This document shows, piece after piece, positions 42,088-56,071 of a DNA stretch of 64,000 bases. The stretch lies in contig OZ037767.1 of NCBI GenBank assembly GCA_964035545.1, forward strand, positions 19,794,628 to 19,858,627. The letters run 5' to 3'. The DNA is from Bugula neritina (Eukaryota; Animalia; Bryozoa). A model generated the notes under the pieces. That model was not told where the DNA came from, made no database searches, and worked only from the letters and a program-made list of their open reading frames with translations. Each line of letters opens with the position of its first letter. Positions within the stretch are counted from its first letter, which is position 1. Position numbers and translations under genes: made by a program.

Positions 42088-43828
42088 GTTCACAAATTGA
42101 ACTATTATAGCACAATATAATATGTACAACGTTAAGCTTACTTATTAGCCAGTCCCAACCGTATGATTGGCTACACAATTATTCAGACAGAGAGTGTAAC
42201 ACACTCTTTTCATTATACTGGTTCGAATTGCAATGACACACATGAATTTCCAAGCAGGCAAATGAATGCCCTTACGGATTACAGCCATGGAAAACCACAT
42301 GTTCCTATGCAATCGGTACGAAATTATCTTCTCTTTGCAATTTTGACAGCTGACGTAAATTTTAAATTACTATGGCCAACTTTGAGTCAGTGTTCATGCC
42401 CAATGACAATGTAATTACTGCTTCTGGCCCCATTTTTGCTAGATTAAATTCATTAAATACGCAAACTGTGAGTTATTTTATTTTAAATTAAAAAAGCACA
42501 AACCAATGAAAGCATAAAGTATTGTTTGACCGGCAAACTAAAGCTTAAGAGTGATTTTAATTTTCAAAATTAAAATAGCTGTCAATTTATTTTTAGTTTG
42601 GAAATGCTTTGGTTCGCAGAAAAGTTTTCTAAACATTTAAGATGATTAGTTATCATTTTAAATAATAGCAGCTAAAATAAATCAAATAACTTAAATTGTT
42701 ACGAGACGAGAGGCACTTTAGGGTAGGTTGTAACTTATTGTTTACATCTATGTAACTTATAGCTGACACAATTGCTGATCTCTGCCTCTGCCACAAAAGG
42801 TTTTATTCGATTTAAGCAAAGGAACCATTTCTATCATTTGCATAATGCGATGGAAATTTTTCATTGACGAAACAGTTCAATTGAGTTTCCGGCTGCGGTT
42901 TTGCTTCCATACAACTAGTTCCATGGGGCAAATGAAAAAATCCCTTCGCATAATTCGATAATGGAAACGTAGTTACAGGCTATAATTCTGCTTAGTTACT
43001 AATTGAATATAATAGCACAGCTATGCAATATAAACGACAATATATCAAAATATGTTGCATAATATATCAAACAGCTACTTCATTATTTAATTAATAAGGA
43101 TGATAATTTTTAATTATTTGATTTATGGATAAAAAGATAATCAGCCATTATGTAAAAGTTAAGCCAAAATATGTAAACGTTTTCAAAAAATGACATACTT
43201 CCATTACGAAATTCAGCAATGCTTGCAGTTGCTTGTCTGTTGAAACCAGTTTGTTGAGGTTGACTTATATAACATAACATATTTTTCAATATTGGCTTTT
43301 CATTTTAGAACAAGTATGTGTCAATGAAATGTGTCAACATTTGGCAGCATGCAATATTGCAGATAGATGTCTTTTGCCATCAATCAGGTTTTTACCAAAC
43401 ATTCTAGAACTTAGAAATGAAATAATCAATATAAGTTTTGTTAGTGTTCAGTGCAGCAGTCATGTATATGGAGGTATGTCGGAATAATTCAACACACCAC
43501 AAAACAAATGCATGGGCTTTATATGCTGTAGTTTCACTTGAAACATATTATTTCAGCTTTGAGTTTGTTCATCTGAAAAACAGAGTTTTAACAACAAAAT
43601 ACAAGCTACCAAAATAATAACAATAAATCATTATTTGGTATAAGAATTGCAATTCATGGAATTAACTTTCACCCACTATATCTAAAGTCTAAACTATTAA
43701 CCTTAATTGTTTGCAGTCTATTGGCTTTACTTGCATATGCACTCCCCTTCCTTTCTACACTCCTCCCTTTTTAACACTCCTTTTCCTGTGCACACTTCTT
43801 TCCTTCGTACACTCTAGTCCCCTTTACA

Positions 43829-44163
43829 CTATGCTGTTCAACAGGCAGCCCAAGCTATGGCTGGATGCGGCTCCCCAACCCATATTTATGTGACCCTCAA
43901 AGGTAAAACAAATAAGATTATTTTGCATACAAGGTGGGATAACCTCTTTATAAATGTCTTTTTTACACACATGCTATAAAAAATACAGCCTGTAGTAACT
44001 ATTGGGACTTAATTGTGTAATGATTCAAAAATTTTGAATAAAGTAATTTGAAAAATGCTGATGCTGTGACTGCCAGCTTAATTAGCTACATTTTACAAGG
44101 TGGTCCTTGCCACGGATTATTCCACTTTAGTGGCCCTCACCCTGAAAAAGTTGAACACCCCTG
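43829..44163. mobile_element. Degenerate hAT-type MITE (same family as 55729-56071, opposite orientation)
   Basis: Ends ...GAAAAAGTTGAACACCCCTG; start CTATGCTGTTCAACAGGCAGCCC resembles CAGGGCTGTCCAACAGGCGGCCC. A further fragment ends at about 18975. Confidence 0.65.
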
Positions 44164-45963
44164 CACTATACTGTGCTGCACTCTTTTCTCTTTTATACTA
44201 AATAGTGTTGCATTCTCTTCACCTTCACATTATAGGCTGGTGGATGTACAGCATTTTGTGTTACAATCTCAAAAACTTTTCTTTCTCATATACAATTGTA
44301 CATTGGCTTAAAACTTTCAAATGACTTGATGACATTCTGTTTAAAGGGTTGACAAACTAATATGATTTCAAGCATAAAAGTGCTAAATAACTTTTTATTC
44401 ACGCTAATTTATAACAGTTGTCTCTGTATTATGTGCATTTCATCATATATTCTTGGAAATAGGATACTTATTTTCAAGTTAACATATGTCAAGTACAAAT
44501 GCCTCTCTGCCATTTATTATAATGCAATTATCTACTCGTATAATTTCAGGTATAAGTGCAGATTGCAGGGTGCAACTCAAATATTCAGATTCCAATTAAA
44601 TCAGTTCCTTTTGTGATGTACAGTCCACAGCACGTTTCCAGCAGTCATGCGGGTTAGAAACAGAATAGCTGGTTATTAAGATACAAGGACTAGAAACTGA
44701 TTAAACATGCCTACATACCAAGAGAGCTATTTGTTATTATAGACTGTTGTAAGCCTATGCTTGTATAAACCTATAATTATAGACATATGCTTATATATAA
44801 ACCTATGCTTAAGTAGACCTATGCTTATATGAACCTGTGTTTATATATAGACATGTGCCAGTAAGCATATGCTTGTAGTTTGCTGGCATATAATGTAGTA
44901 AGTTGATTTACTGCTTAAAATATTGTTATGCTAATTTTCTCTTCCCATATTTTAATAATTTTAATGAGGTAATGTTATCTGAACTAACCTTTTATCAATC
45001 ATTTATGATAATTATTGTTTACAGATTTATTGCTGTACAGTAAAATAAATATTTCCACAGAGAAATGCAACTTGAACAGCATGCATAGCATAATATTCTT
45101 TCGTACAGATATTGTTCTGTAGCTCTGGTGAGGTATAATGCTATATCATGTTTTAAACCTTATCAATGATAACAATGCAAAGCTCTATAGCCTTAAAACA
45201 ATACGCTAAACATAACTATTTCCATTCCTTTTACACATTCCCATTGATTTATCAGGTATATACTGTATGCAGGTTACGAAACTTGAAAAATTTCAAATTG
45301 ATGCATTTCAAGCACACAGAAAATGCTGGAAGCAATCATACATTTTGTAAAAATGTTCAATTCCTTTGAATAAAATTATGGTGGTACATAGAAATCACAA
45401 GATAAGTTAGGCTACTATTTATTAGCTGTAAACAAAAGTATTTTCTCTCTATTTAACAACTTAATTTAAATCACAAAAAGTTACCTGAATATTTAAGTTC
45501 GTGTTTGGGTAAAATTATAAACGTTAATGTAATTTATAAATGAAAAGTTGCATGCAGTTTTTTATATGACTTTCATTTTTATTTCAGGCAGGTGTAATAC
45601 TTTCTATGTTTATGTTTTTAAAAACAACTTTATTAGAAGTTATTTACTTTAATGCAAGAATTGCAGTTTAGGCAACTCCAAAATATTAAAGAATATTAGT
45701 GATTACATATACAGTTATATACATGTTCTTCTGCTGGTTTCATGTTTCTATGTAATGTTGACTTTCAGGATTATAGAGCATTGACTAAAGTTGAGCAATT
45801 ATTTTAATAATGGGCTTCATATTTGCTAAAATTGAAGAATTAAATTTTTGCGACGTTTTTTCAAAAGCTTATCTGAAATTGAAACTATTACAAATTATGC
45901 AGCAAAGTTCTACATCTGTATTTCAAGCACAAGTCTCTATTCACTTGGAATAGTGTGACTATT

Positions 45964-48900
45964 CTATTCAACTGGAACAACATTTGTATTTAGATGGGCC
46001 CCTCCATTCATTAGCAGGTGAATCCCTGTAGTAAAACTTGACTCGCTACTAGCCAGAAAGGCTATAGCCTTAGCTACTTCTTCCGGTTCTCCAGCTCTGC
46101 CATTGGGAGTAATAGCTGCTGCCCCTTCTACAAACTGTAACGTAGGAACAATATTACATAAATTCTAACCAAACATTACTACTCAAGAGCTATACAGTGT
46201 AATATATGATATGGAACAGAACAGTGCACAATATAACAATTTTTTCGGGTCAAAGCAAGTTTGATACTATTGAAGTTATTTTAAATATAAATCAAACCAA
46301 AAATGCTCTAATGCTAAGCAATTAGCATTATAAACATGCATGTGTTTGTAAAGAGAGGAGGTTATGTAGGATTAATACATCATGCATGCTGTATCTATAG
46401 TATCATTTTTGCATTCACTATTTCCCCAATATTTACTAGCCTTGAACTTGCCTACATATATTCATGTACCCTAAACTTACTTATATGTTTACTTACCCTA
46501 AGCTGACTCATATATATATTTACTTACTTAAAAGGCTCATGTATTTACTTACTGCATCAATTTTCTCCTTTGGCATCAGCCCTTGGAGTAAGTTGGTTTT
46601 AATTAAACCAGGACTATAATAGAGACAAGCAACATGAAATCATGAAATCATGAAATCAAATAAAAATTGTTGATTAATAGTTTACCATTATATAATTTTC
46701 TATAGATAACATCACGAGTCTATCACTATCTTTTTAGAAGCTGACTTGTACTGCCAAAATTTAGTGCAATATTATAAATATAAATTAACAGCTATTATCA
46801 AACTGTCTAAACTTGCTTCATGTAAACAAAACATGCTAATGAAGTGCTCATTTGAAAAGGCATAAGTGAGCAAACTTTTAAATATCAAAACATGTCAGCG
46901 ATAAAGTTGTGTAATTATAACTAACAGTACATGCATGTTAACCTGCAGAAAACTATTACGTTAATGCACATGTTTTTGTTTACTTTTATTACTATGTACA
47001 TAGCTCATTACATTGAGAACAGAACATAACAAAGTAGCCATATAATTGTGATAAGATAACTCCAAAAGAAAATAACCCAACACATGCATTGGTAAACTTA
47101 CTTGATAGTGTTTACCCTCACTTGTTTAGGAGCCAGATCTAACGCTATGCTTCTTGCAAATTGATTTAAGGCTGCTTTTAACATTCCATAACCCAAAGCA
47201 AATGGTATCTAAAACCCAAATAGCTCAATTATACTTTTCCAGTCAAGATAAATAATAAAATTAAAGAGCATCTAGATATGTTGCAGTTCTAGTACAGGCT
47301 TATTTAAAGTATGTGTTTTTGTGATTACAGAATTTATGCAGTATTTGTTGAAGATAAAAAGCATTGTATTGCATACATTATAACAGTTCAACTAGTTCAC
47401 AGTTCAACTAGTTCACTAGTTCACAGTTCACAGTTCACAGTTTATATTCACGGGCTTTCCATGTACCGATCTCAGATCGATCTCACTGAGATCGATCTGA
47501 GAAATGTACTCAGATCGATCATTTTTCCATGAGAGCGTCAGATCGATCTTGCGAAGTTGCCTCCTCTTAAGTGAAGGATACTTGAAAAGTATATTTTGTT
47601 TACCTATTTGAGTGATTAAAGCTACTGCTGTTGAAAAAAAGATGATCGTAGTCTAAAATTTAATCCCAGCTATGAAATATACGCAGCAAAGCTTTCAGGG
47701 TACAGTAATTTGGCCAATTTAAAATAATTAATTTTAATTTTTTAGCTAGACAGCTTATATAAAATTAATGGCTGTCTTGCAGATTATTAATAAACTTACA
47801 GGACTGTTAGGCTTAAAATTACAAAGAAAATAGCTAATGAAACTAAGTTTTAATAGTCATTTAAATTCAATTTAAATTCCCCCATTTTTTTGCCTTCTAC
47901 TGCATATAATTGAGTTTTCTTAATCAATGTGCTGAAAGTCAAAGTTTTGGCATCTGAAAAGGTGGCTATCATAATTATTTAATACTTTGCTTAGTAATTA
48001 TCAACAAGTTATCATTTTTATTAGCAGACAACATTGTAGCGAGCAGTCTTTTTCTACTTCTCAGATCGATCTGGCGTCTTTCCATGGTCTTATTGCCTTG
48101 AGATCGATCTGAGTTCGAGCTCTACAGACCGACCAGCTCAGAACGACTGAGATCGATCTTTGACGTCTTTCCATGGATCGATCTCCCTGAGATCGATCTG
48201 AGATCGGTACATGGAAAGCCGGTGATTGAAGCATCAATTCTTGTTTTAATATATATAACATTGTAGCTATTTTCTTACCTTGCACCAATATGGGTTTCAT
48301 GCAAACTGCAATTCTGTTATTATTAAAGTGACACTCAACTCAGAAAAATTCTATCATTTTACTATTCGAAGAGTTATAAAATAGTGCTTTTTTAGGTTCA
48401 TCAAAGTAAAACTCATCTAGCTAACAGATGGTTAAATATAGAAATTAAAATATCATGTTTTGATCAAGCAGCGTTTAGGGTTGTAAATGATGCTACAGTT
48501 TTTGCTATACATAAATATATGTTCAAAAGACATCTAAGGCATATATGAAAATAAGTAAGCAAAGATCATAGACTCTGTTTACACATAGCGAACATTTTCA
48601 ACGTTATTAATAGAACCTGTAATCTATGTAGCATTCTGTTATATTATATAGAACACATACTTACAGGTACTGTTGCTGCAATACTAGATGTAATAACAAT
48701 GACTCCTTTACTTTCAATAAGATGTGGAACAGCAAGTTTTGTCAGGTGGTAAACTGTTCTAACATTATTGGCCAGTAATAAATCAAACTGTTGAAGGGTC
48801 TCTTCCATGATATTACCAAACCGACAAATCCCTGCATTGTTTATCTGTAGAATTCAATATAAATGTAAAGTTATATTTATTCAAAAATATCTCTGAAATT

Positions 48901-50284
48901 TCAGAATACCCCATTTTCATGATACATTCATTAGGTAGTATTCTTCAATATTAGTGTTGTCTTCTCCTGCATGTTTTAATGGACTGTCTATTCATCATGC
49001 TACCTAAACGCGTAGCAATAGACTAGCTTATCAAAGACTCAAAGAGCCATACTACACATGATAAACATTTTCTGTACATAACTCATCTCTTTATTTAGTG
49101 TTGCTGTTTCACATACAACTATCTAGCTTTTGTCATGCTGAATGATAAACTTTATTACTATGAAAAAACGTTGGACCCGTTTTAACTAAAAACACAGACA
49201 AAACCTTTGGCTGCACATAATCCAGCTTAAACTTAGCTCATCAGAGCTTCAAATGACATTTGTGTGGCATAGTATATGAGTAATTTATATGCCACCTATA
49301 GCATGGGATTCTTACCAACACATCCAGCTGTTTGTAGTGTTCTATTGTCTTCTCAATAATTCTCACCACATCAGATTCAATGGTAAGATCTCCAACTATA
49401 GTGATGACATCACCAGCTCCTTTACATAGACTCACAGTTTCCTACATGACAATTCAAATTATCTGTTTAGAATATACCTTTTTTTACTGTACAGTTATTG
49501 CTTAAGGGTCTATAGTTTCTATGCATTACTTAGATATCACTCTGTTGGCAAAAACTTTCACCTACATGCAAATTTGGTTCATCTCTGTCACAGAGAGCCA
49601 GTCTAGATCCAAGAGATGCAAAGTGGATGGCAGTGGCTCTTCCAATACCAGAACTGGCTCCTATGAAAAAGTAAAGAGTGGTTAAAGTCTCTAACCACTC
49701 CAAAAGTTTATTCAAAATATTGGGATATGTTGAAAAGAGCAAGTCACAGTATGATAATTGACAATTAGACGATTTATAAGTTACTGCTGTAAGCATGGTT
49801 GCTGTGTGACCAACCTGACCTATATATCATGTAAACAACTCTAGGTGTCCGAATTCACTCGAGTGATAAATATGCAGGGCCTATATTATAGGCGTTTGGT
49901 CAGAAATAATATAGCGTATGGAAAGATAAGTACTGAAAGTTTTTAGCTCATTAAGTTATGCTTAAAAAGACATCAAAATTACTTGAATTAATATTTTTTT
50001 CGTATTTCACCAACATACCAAAAAAGCATTTCTTACTTTAAACAAATGAATAAATCTCAATCCAGTTATATAATCTGCTATGCACTATACATGATGTCAA
50101 TCATATAAAATGACACAGCTAGTTGACATTTGATTTTTAACCCACAAATTCTTATGAAACCGCAGGCTGAGAAAGAAAGCAATTTTAAGTAAAATCTATA
50201 AATAAACTTTTGCAATATGAAACAGATAATTGTACGCTTACCTGTTATTAAAGACACTTTTCCTTTAAGAGAAGCCATAGTCAT
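45964..50284 (-). CDS. SDR paralog G, about 260 aa (exons 50284-50242, 49660-49566, 49441-49316, 48844-48665, 47208-47102, 46613-46553, 46134-45964; alternative ATG at 50278)
   Basis: [37 protein letters not shown]; frame open. Confidence 0.92.
47449..48224. mobile_element. Non-autonomous TIR element (CAC...GTG termini, CACTA/CMC-like) in intron 4 of G
   Basis: TIR CACGGGCTTTCCATGTACCGATCTCAGATCGATCTC and its reverse complement; ATT on both flanks; repeated palindromic AGATCGATCT subterminal motifs. Superfamily assignment is tentative. Confidence 0.82.
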
Positions 50285-50904
50285 GAGAAGCTTAACCTCA
50301 ATACTGCTAGTAGTTTCATCTAAATGTTGACCTGTGCATGTGCACTAGATGTATGCAACCAATCAAATTATACCATAATTTAGACTTAGATAACAGCTGA
50401 TAACAGCTGGCAATATGACAAAAATTTATCAGCTGAAAAACAAGGCCATCTTATTTCTAAAAATATGTTACTTACACCGCACCCCTACCCGTACACACAA
50501 ACATGCACCCTACCCCGTACACACAAACATGCACAAACACACACACACATACACATGCACGCACGCACGTACGCACGCACACACTCACGCACGCACATAT
50601 TTAGGCTGAAATTCTTGTGCTTCAATTGATTGTTATGAAAATTGACTGCTTTTATATCTAAAACTACTATAACTGTAATAATAAATATTCAAGCTGCTTC
50701 CATCGGTTTAAACTGGAAAAATGTATTTTATCTTTAAGCCAATCCCCTGCGTTTTTATAAAACCTGTTAAACATTAATGATTTTTTAAACTAGTAAAAAC
50801 ATTCTTTGTGAAAATTTGAAAATTACAAAAAATTATTTTTAAATTTTTTAACAACTAATGAAAATAATTTGTAATGTATAATTCAAAGTTAGATATTACC
50901 TATG

Positions 50905-50943
<39 letters not shown>

Positions 50944-50944
<1 letters not shown>

Positions 50945-51014
50945 TAGTGGCTAATTTATCTGACGAGTGCACATCGTTCTTGTGTACGAAACTACTAGTA
51001 ATAAATGCCATTAT
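50944..51014 (+). ncRNA. Type I hammerhead ribozyme (copy 3), in a roughly 100-bp Penelope-like end fragment (50941-51044) within (TA)n
   Basis: Identical to 8763-8833; (TA)n at about 50908-50940 and 51045-51263. Confidence 0.87.
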
Positions 51015-51038
51015 ATTAATCAAATCTCATTTTATTTC

Positions 51039-51084
<46 letters not shown>

Positions 51085-51089
51085 TATAC

Positions 51090-51120
<31 letters not shown>

Positions 51121-51121
51121 C

Positions 51122-51152
<31 letters not shown>

Positions 51153-51163
51153 CATATATATAC

Positions 51164-51266
<103 letters not shown>

Positions 51267-52977
51267 ATTATCCCGCTACCCGAACAGTACAAAGCGGAGA
51301 TAGATGAAAATAGGTGAAAAAGAAATGATCACTTAAATCTGCAAACTACAAACTAGTTAACAGGCATTCTACGTAACATATTGCATGCAATGTATATATA
51401 TACAATATATATACAATCTATATATACATGTACATTGTACATGGCCAGTTACATATAACATAGTATAGTATACAACTGGTTTGGTATCATATAACATACA
51501 TGCCTAGCAAGCATGACTCCAGCTATGTAGATAGAATAGGACATATCAATATGGCCGGCAGACTCACTGCATACATGACAATTTTGTCAGCTATATATAG
51601 CAGCGACAGCCATGAGACAGATGAACTAGTCTGGGAATTTTCCACTAAATTGCTTTTATGTTTATCCAGGCATGCAGTGATTTGTTACATGATATCATAT
51701 TGATAAGGAGATTACAGAAAAAAATGTATTTTCAAATATGCATATTTGCTGAAAACTAGCATGTTTTGTGCATACGTAGAAGTATTTCAGTATATTCTTA
51801 CAGAGTTGACAACTCCAATACATACATGGCCAATGTATTATTGCGCATCAAACTGTTGTGTTTCACCACATTGAACAAATAGTCTAGTACTTCCTAAGAA
51901 CAATTGTAGAGCAAAATATATTTCAGAAATTGCCTTCACATTGATGTGATAGCTCAAAATTATGTTTTTTGAATAGTTCAATATACATATTCACAAGTTA
52001 TGTGGCTGTAGCATTTTTTTGTCAGATATACAGTTATATGTGTGCACTGTTTAGTTAATAATATATTACAATTCTGTACATCAAGGAAAATGAATCTCTA
52101 TAATATTTTAGTCAAGTACCAGACTGAGATGTTTACCAGGATGATTAAGTCTCTACAACATATGATAAAGTAGCATCAGCTGATTTAGTTCACATGCTAT
52201 AGACAGGCACTTGGCAAACCTCATTCCAAGGATCAATCATATTGAATCTATTGCCAAGTGTAATGAGATACTATAATGGTGTCATTGACCTCAGTAAACT
52301 GATAAGGACAGGCTAGACATTGTTCATCAATCAACACCTCCTGACAGTGTTCTTTATAGCCACTGCACTACTATTTCATTACATGTAGTTATTCATAAGA
52401 TGTGTATGTAGGTTTACTCTATCTTCAACAAGACTACCAAGAGCTATTTATATTTAAATATATTTCTGTTTCTGAAAACTACGCAATAGCTTGTCTTAAT
52501 GGCCTGTTCCTTTTTCTGCATACATATATACATATGTATGTATACATATTAATAGCTAAGTATATTTTTACAGGGCTTACAACTCCAGCACCTACATGAC
52601 CAATGCATTTTATTACACATATCAATCGGTTGTGTTTCACCACTTTGGACAAGCAGTATACACTCCCGCAGGCTGAATATTCAATAATAAACTTGTAATA
52701 TTTATAAGTTGTTTTTATTCTGATTTTGTAGCTTAATATTAAGTTTCAAGAATATAGATAGTTGTAATTTCAATATACATTAAATTTTAATGTAGTGTAT
52801 CTAGTAGTGAAATAGAACGAAAATTTAATTTGTCAATACAAAATTTTGCGTTTCCATGGCAACAGCAGGGGGAAATTTTTTCAAAGAGTTTCAGTTAATA
52901 TAATTTTGCCGTAAAGGCAAATGAGCTTCTATACATTGGCCAAGTATTATTCAATAAAACTGTGAGATTTCTACACA

Positions 52978-53232
52978 GGAGCAGCTGTAGCCCAGAGGTT
53001 CAAATGCTGGCTTAGTAAACCAGTAGTCATGGGTTCGATCCTCATTGAAAGTCATTAGTGATGTTAGGAAGAGCATCCAGTAATCATAATTGACCTGTGT
53101 CACATATGAATAAGTCCTTAGTTGCTTTAACAAAAGCCCATGTCATCAAGGGTTTCTCACAAGGGTTTCCCTTTTATTGTGGTATTTATCACTGGTAGGA
53201 ATTATCATAGCATTGCCTTTAAACTGCATGCA
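52978..53232 (+). mobile_element. tRNA-derived SINE copy
   Basis: A-box-like TAGCCCAGAGG, B-box GGTTCGATCC, core AGTGATGTTAGGAAGAGCATCCAGT. Confidence 0.8.
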
Positions 53233-54545
53233 GTAGACAAAAGTTATTATATATACATGTAATCACTACAGGACCAATGGTATGCATATAGTAATTTAAG
53301 ACTGACTGCAAAAGTTGCTGTTTGATGTATCAGAAGAATGCTATGTTAAAGATTCTTGGCCACTGTTTTATATGACTGTTCCAGGTTTATTGGCAAATCA
53401 TCAAACTCTTATCTCTCCTGAGTCTTGACGTTTAGTTTTAAAATATATCAGTTTGATGTGTTGACAGCTAGCTGTTACAAATTACTCTTCAACTATTTAT
53501 ATGTCTATAATATGACAGGTATATAAATAGGTGTGTTGCACAAGTAATAACTAGTAACTTTTGTTCCATCCAGTGTTATATAAGCTTTCATTTTCATATA
53601 ATGAAATGTAAAATTTGTTATGTTTAGGTCTATTCTGCTTATAATATGATAATGATATAATAACAAACGAATTCATCCTGTGTACACTTATATGGTATTA
53701 TAAATTTAATTTAGCACATGGACATCAAGATTGTTGGAATAGAAAAATCAGAATCTAAGTTGCCTGTATATTATAGAACTTTAAGTTGTCTTTTTATCAC
53801 ATTGGAAGTTGAGGTGTGCTTAAGTGAAATCCTCCATCTAACAGAAGTTGGACTCCTGTGGTAAAACTTGACTCGCTACTACCCAGGAAAGCTATAGACT
53901 TAGCTATTTCCTCTGGTTGTCCTATATTCTCTTAATAGGGTAAACATCAGCAAGATCTTTGAGAAGCTAAAGAAAATAGCAAGCTTTTCACTATATTCAG
54001 TTATAAAAACTGAATGCATGAGTGAAAAAATTAAAATTTTCTCATTTGGAAAATGCAGGAAATGTTTGCTTTACTTACGGCTGGTATTATGTCTTTTGGC
54101 ATTGCTTGATCAAATATGTTTGTTGCAACAGCACCTGGGCTAAAACAGATTCAATAAAATCTCTAATAGAATAGTGAGATTAGCAACTTTGTCATCTATG
54201 CTGTTCAATTTTTTGTAGCACAAAAAGAGCTGATCTTATAACAAAGCAAAAAGCCTAACTACATAAAATATTGCTCTTGAAGTATGCTCTTGAATGTCAC
54301 CAGATATGTGAGTGATACAAACAGCTAACAGATAGCTTATGCAAACACTTCTATTCTTGTATGATGTCTTGCTTAGAATGAGAGTCTCATTTTAATATGC
54401 CATACAAAAAAAGTTATAACAGAATACATACTTAATAGTGTTGACTCTCACTTGTTTAGGAGCAAGATCTAAGGCTAAACTTCTTACAAACTGGTCTATA
54501 GCTGCCTTTGACATGCTGTATGCTACAGCTTCGGGGCACTAAAAC

Positions 54546-54985
54546 GAATTTGCAACATTTTGAAAATGACAATTGGAAAACACCTATTTGAAAAATGGAC
54601 AATTAGAAAATTGACACTTGAAAAATGACATTTGGAAAATGAAGAATATTCAACATGGTCTATTTCAGAGGGGGCGTATATTATCTGGTCGAGTTCAAAA
54701 TAGATTTTTGTAAATGTGAAGAATTTTAAATTAGAACTTTTCTGCAATAACTAATTCTACTTCAATGATAGCCTAAATAATTCAGTCATTAGGCTATAAT
54801 ATTTATTTTTAAAATTAAGCTATTTTGGAATTGACCAGATGTTGAACAGCCTCTCAGAACTAGAGCATGTTGAATAATATTCTTCATTTTCCAAATGTCA
54901 TCTTTCAAATGTCTATTTTCTAATTGTCCATTTTCCAAATAGGTGTTTGCCAATTGTCATTTTTAAAATGCCATGTCAACTACTT
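54546..54985. mobile_element. Foldback-type MITE beside the exon 5 acceptor of H
   Basis: Long imperfect inverted arms (about 54556-54705 vs 54820-54970) built from AAAATGACAATTGG-like subrepeats; AAAC on both flanks; absent in paralog I (about 59400). Confidence 0.82.
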
Positions 54986-55728
54986 AAACAGTATGCAGTT
55001 TGGTAGATTAACAAAATATTCATTGTTAGTGTAGGTTACACTTGAGGGGAAGTGATAGTGATGGGAAGTATAAAGTTTCGTTTATACCTCTGCTGAAAAA
55101 AGAACCAAGTTTAAGTTAATAATGCTTGTCGTGAAGGTATAAAAGCAACTTTATCAAATTGTGGTGAGCCATTGTGAGTAATCGTGAGTGATAGCGAGTG
55201 ATATTGGTGCTGTGGGGAACTACAACAGTCAAGTGCCAAACCTAACATAGCTAAATGTCATACCAGCAAGATTTCACATTTACATCATCTCAATTAGCTC
55301 CACAAGTTAAAATTTTAATTGCTTTTTTCAAATTATAGGATTAATTATGCTATAACTTAGAACTTAGTACAGCTTTTGATGATGTCACACTAGATGTGAT
55401 GACAATGGATCCTTTACTCTCAATCAGATGTGGAACAGCCAGTTTTGTCAGATGATACACAGTTTTGATGTTGGTAGCCATTATCAAGTCAAATTGTTCC
55501 AGAGTCTCATCTATGATGCTGTTGAATCTTGCGATTCCTGCGTTATTAACCTTTATGAATAATACAAATACATAAATAGACTATATATTTACTCATTTTA
55601 CAGTTTCATAGACTCTGTTCAATAATAGTTTCTATATTTTTATATATCTAAGAGCAGTAACTAGAACTTCTGACTGAAAATTAGATACAAATATATTGTA
55701 TGTATGTATATGAAAGTATTGTTTAGAA

Positions 55729-56071
55729 CAGGGGTGTCCAACCTTTTCAAACTGAGGGCAACAGAAATAAAATATTTTATGGTGAGGGCCACATTGTAAG
55801 CTTCAGCTTGTGCTGGGGGCCACAGCTGCATCAGTATTTTTCAAACTACTTTATTCCAAAACTTTATGAACCATTACACAATTAAGTCTCAACAGTTACT
55901 GCCAGCTGCATTTTTTTGTGTTATTTGTATAAATAAGGCATTTAAAAGGTGGCTTTTCACTTTAATTCATGTAAACAGTGAAAAATTATTTTAGCTTTAT
56001 GCCTTTGAGGGCCACATAAATGTAGGCTGGGGGTCACATCCTAAACTAGGGCCGCCTGTTGGACAGCCCTG
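55729..56071. mobile_element. hAT-type MITE in intron 3 of H
   Basis: TIRs CAGGGGTGTCCAAC and GTTGGACAGCCCTG; 8-bp TSD GTTTAGAA/GTTTAGAG. Confidence 0.88.

Noticed and set aside
42723-42981. Possible degenerate MITE upstream of F (TAGGTTGTAACT... / ...AGTTACAGGCTA)
   Set aside because: The inverted match is too short and imperfect to support without other copies.
43200-45800. Possible exons of an unrelated plus-strand gene between F and G (several TTTCAG/TTACAG acceptor-like sites)
   Set aside because: I could not assemble a consistent open frame or a recognisable protein; this needs RNA-seq.
52978-53050. Functional tRNA gene
   Set aside because: A/B boxes are present, but I could not see a full cloverleaf and the sequence continues into a repeated SINE body.
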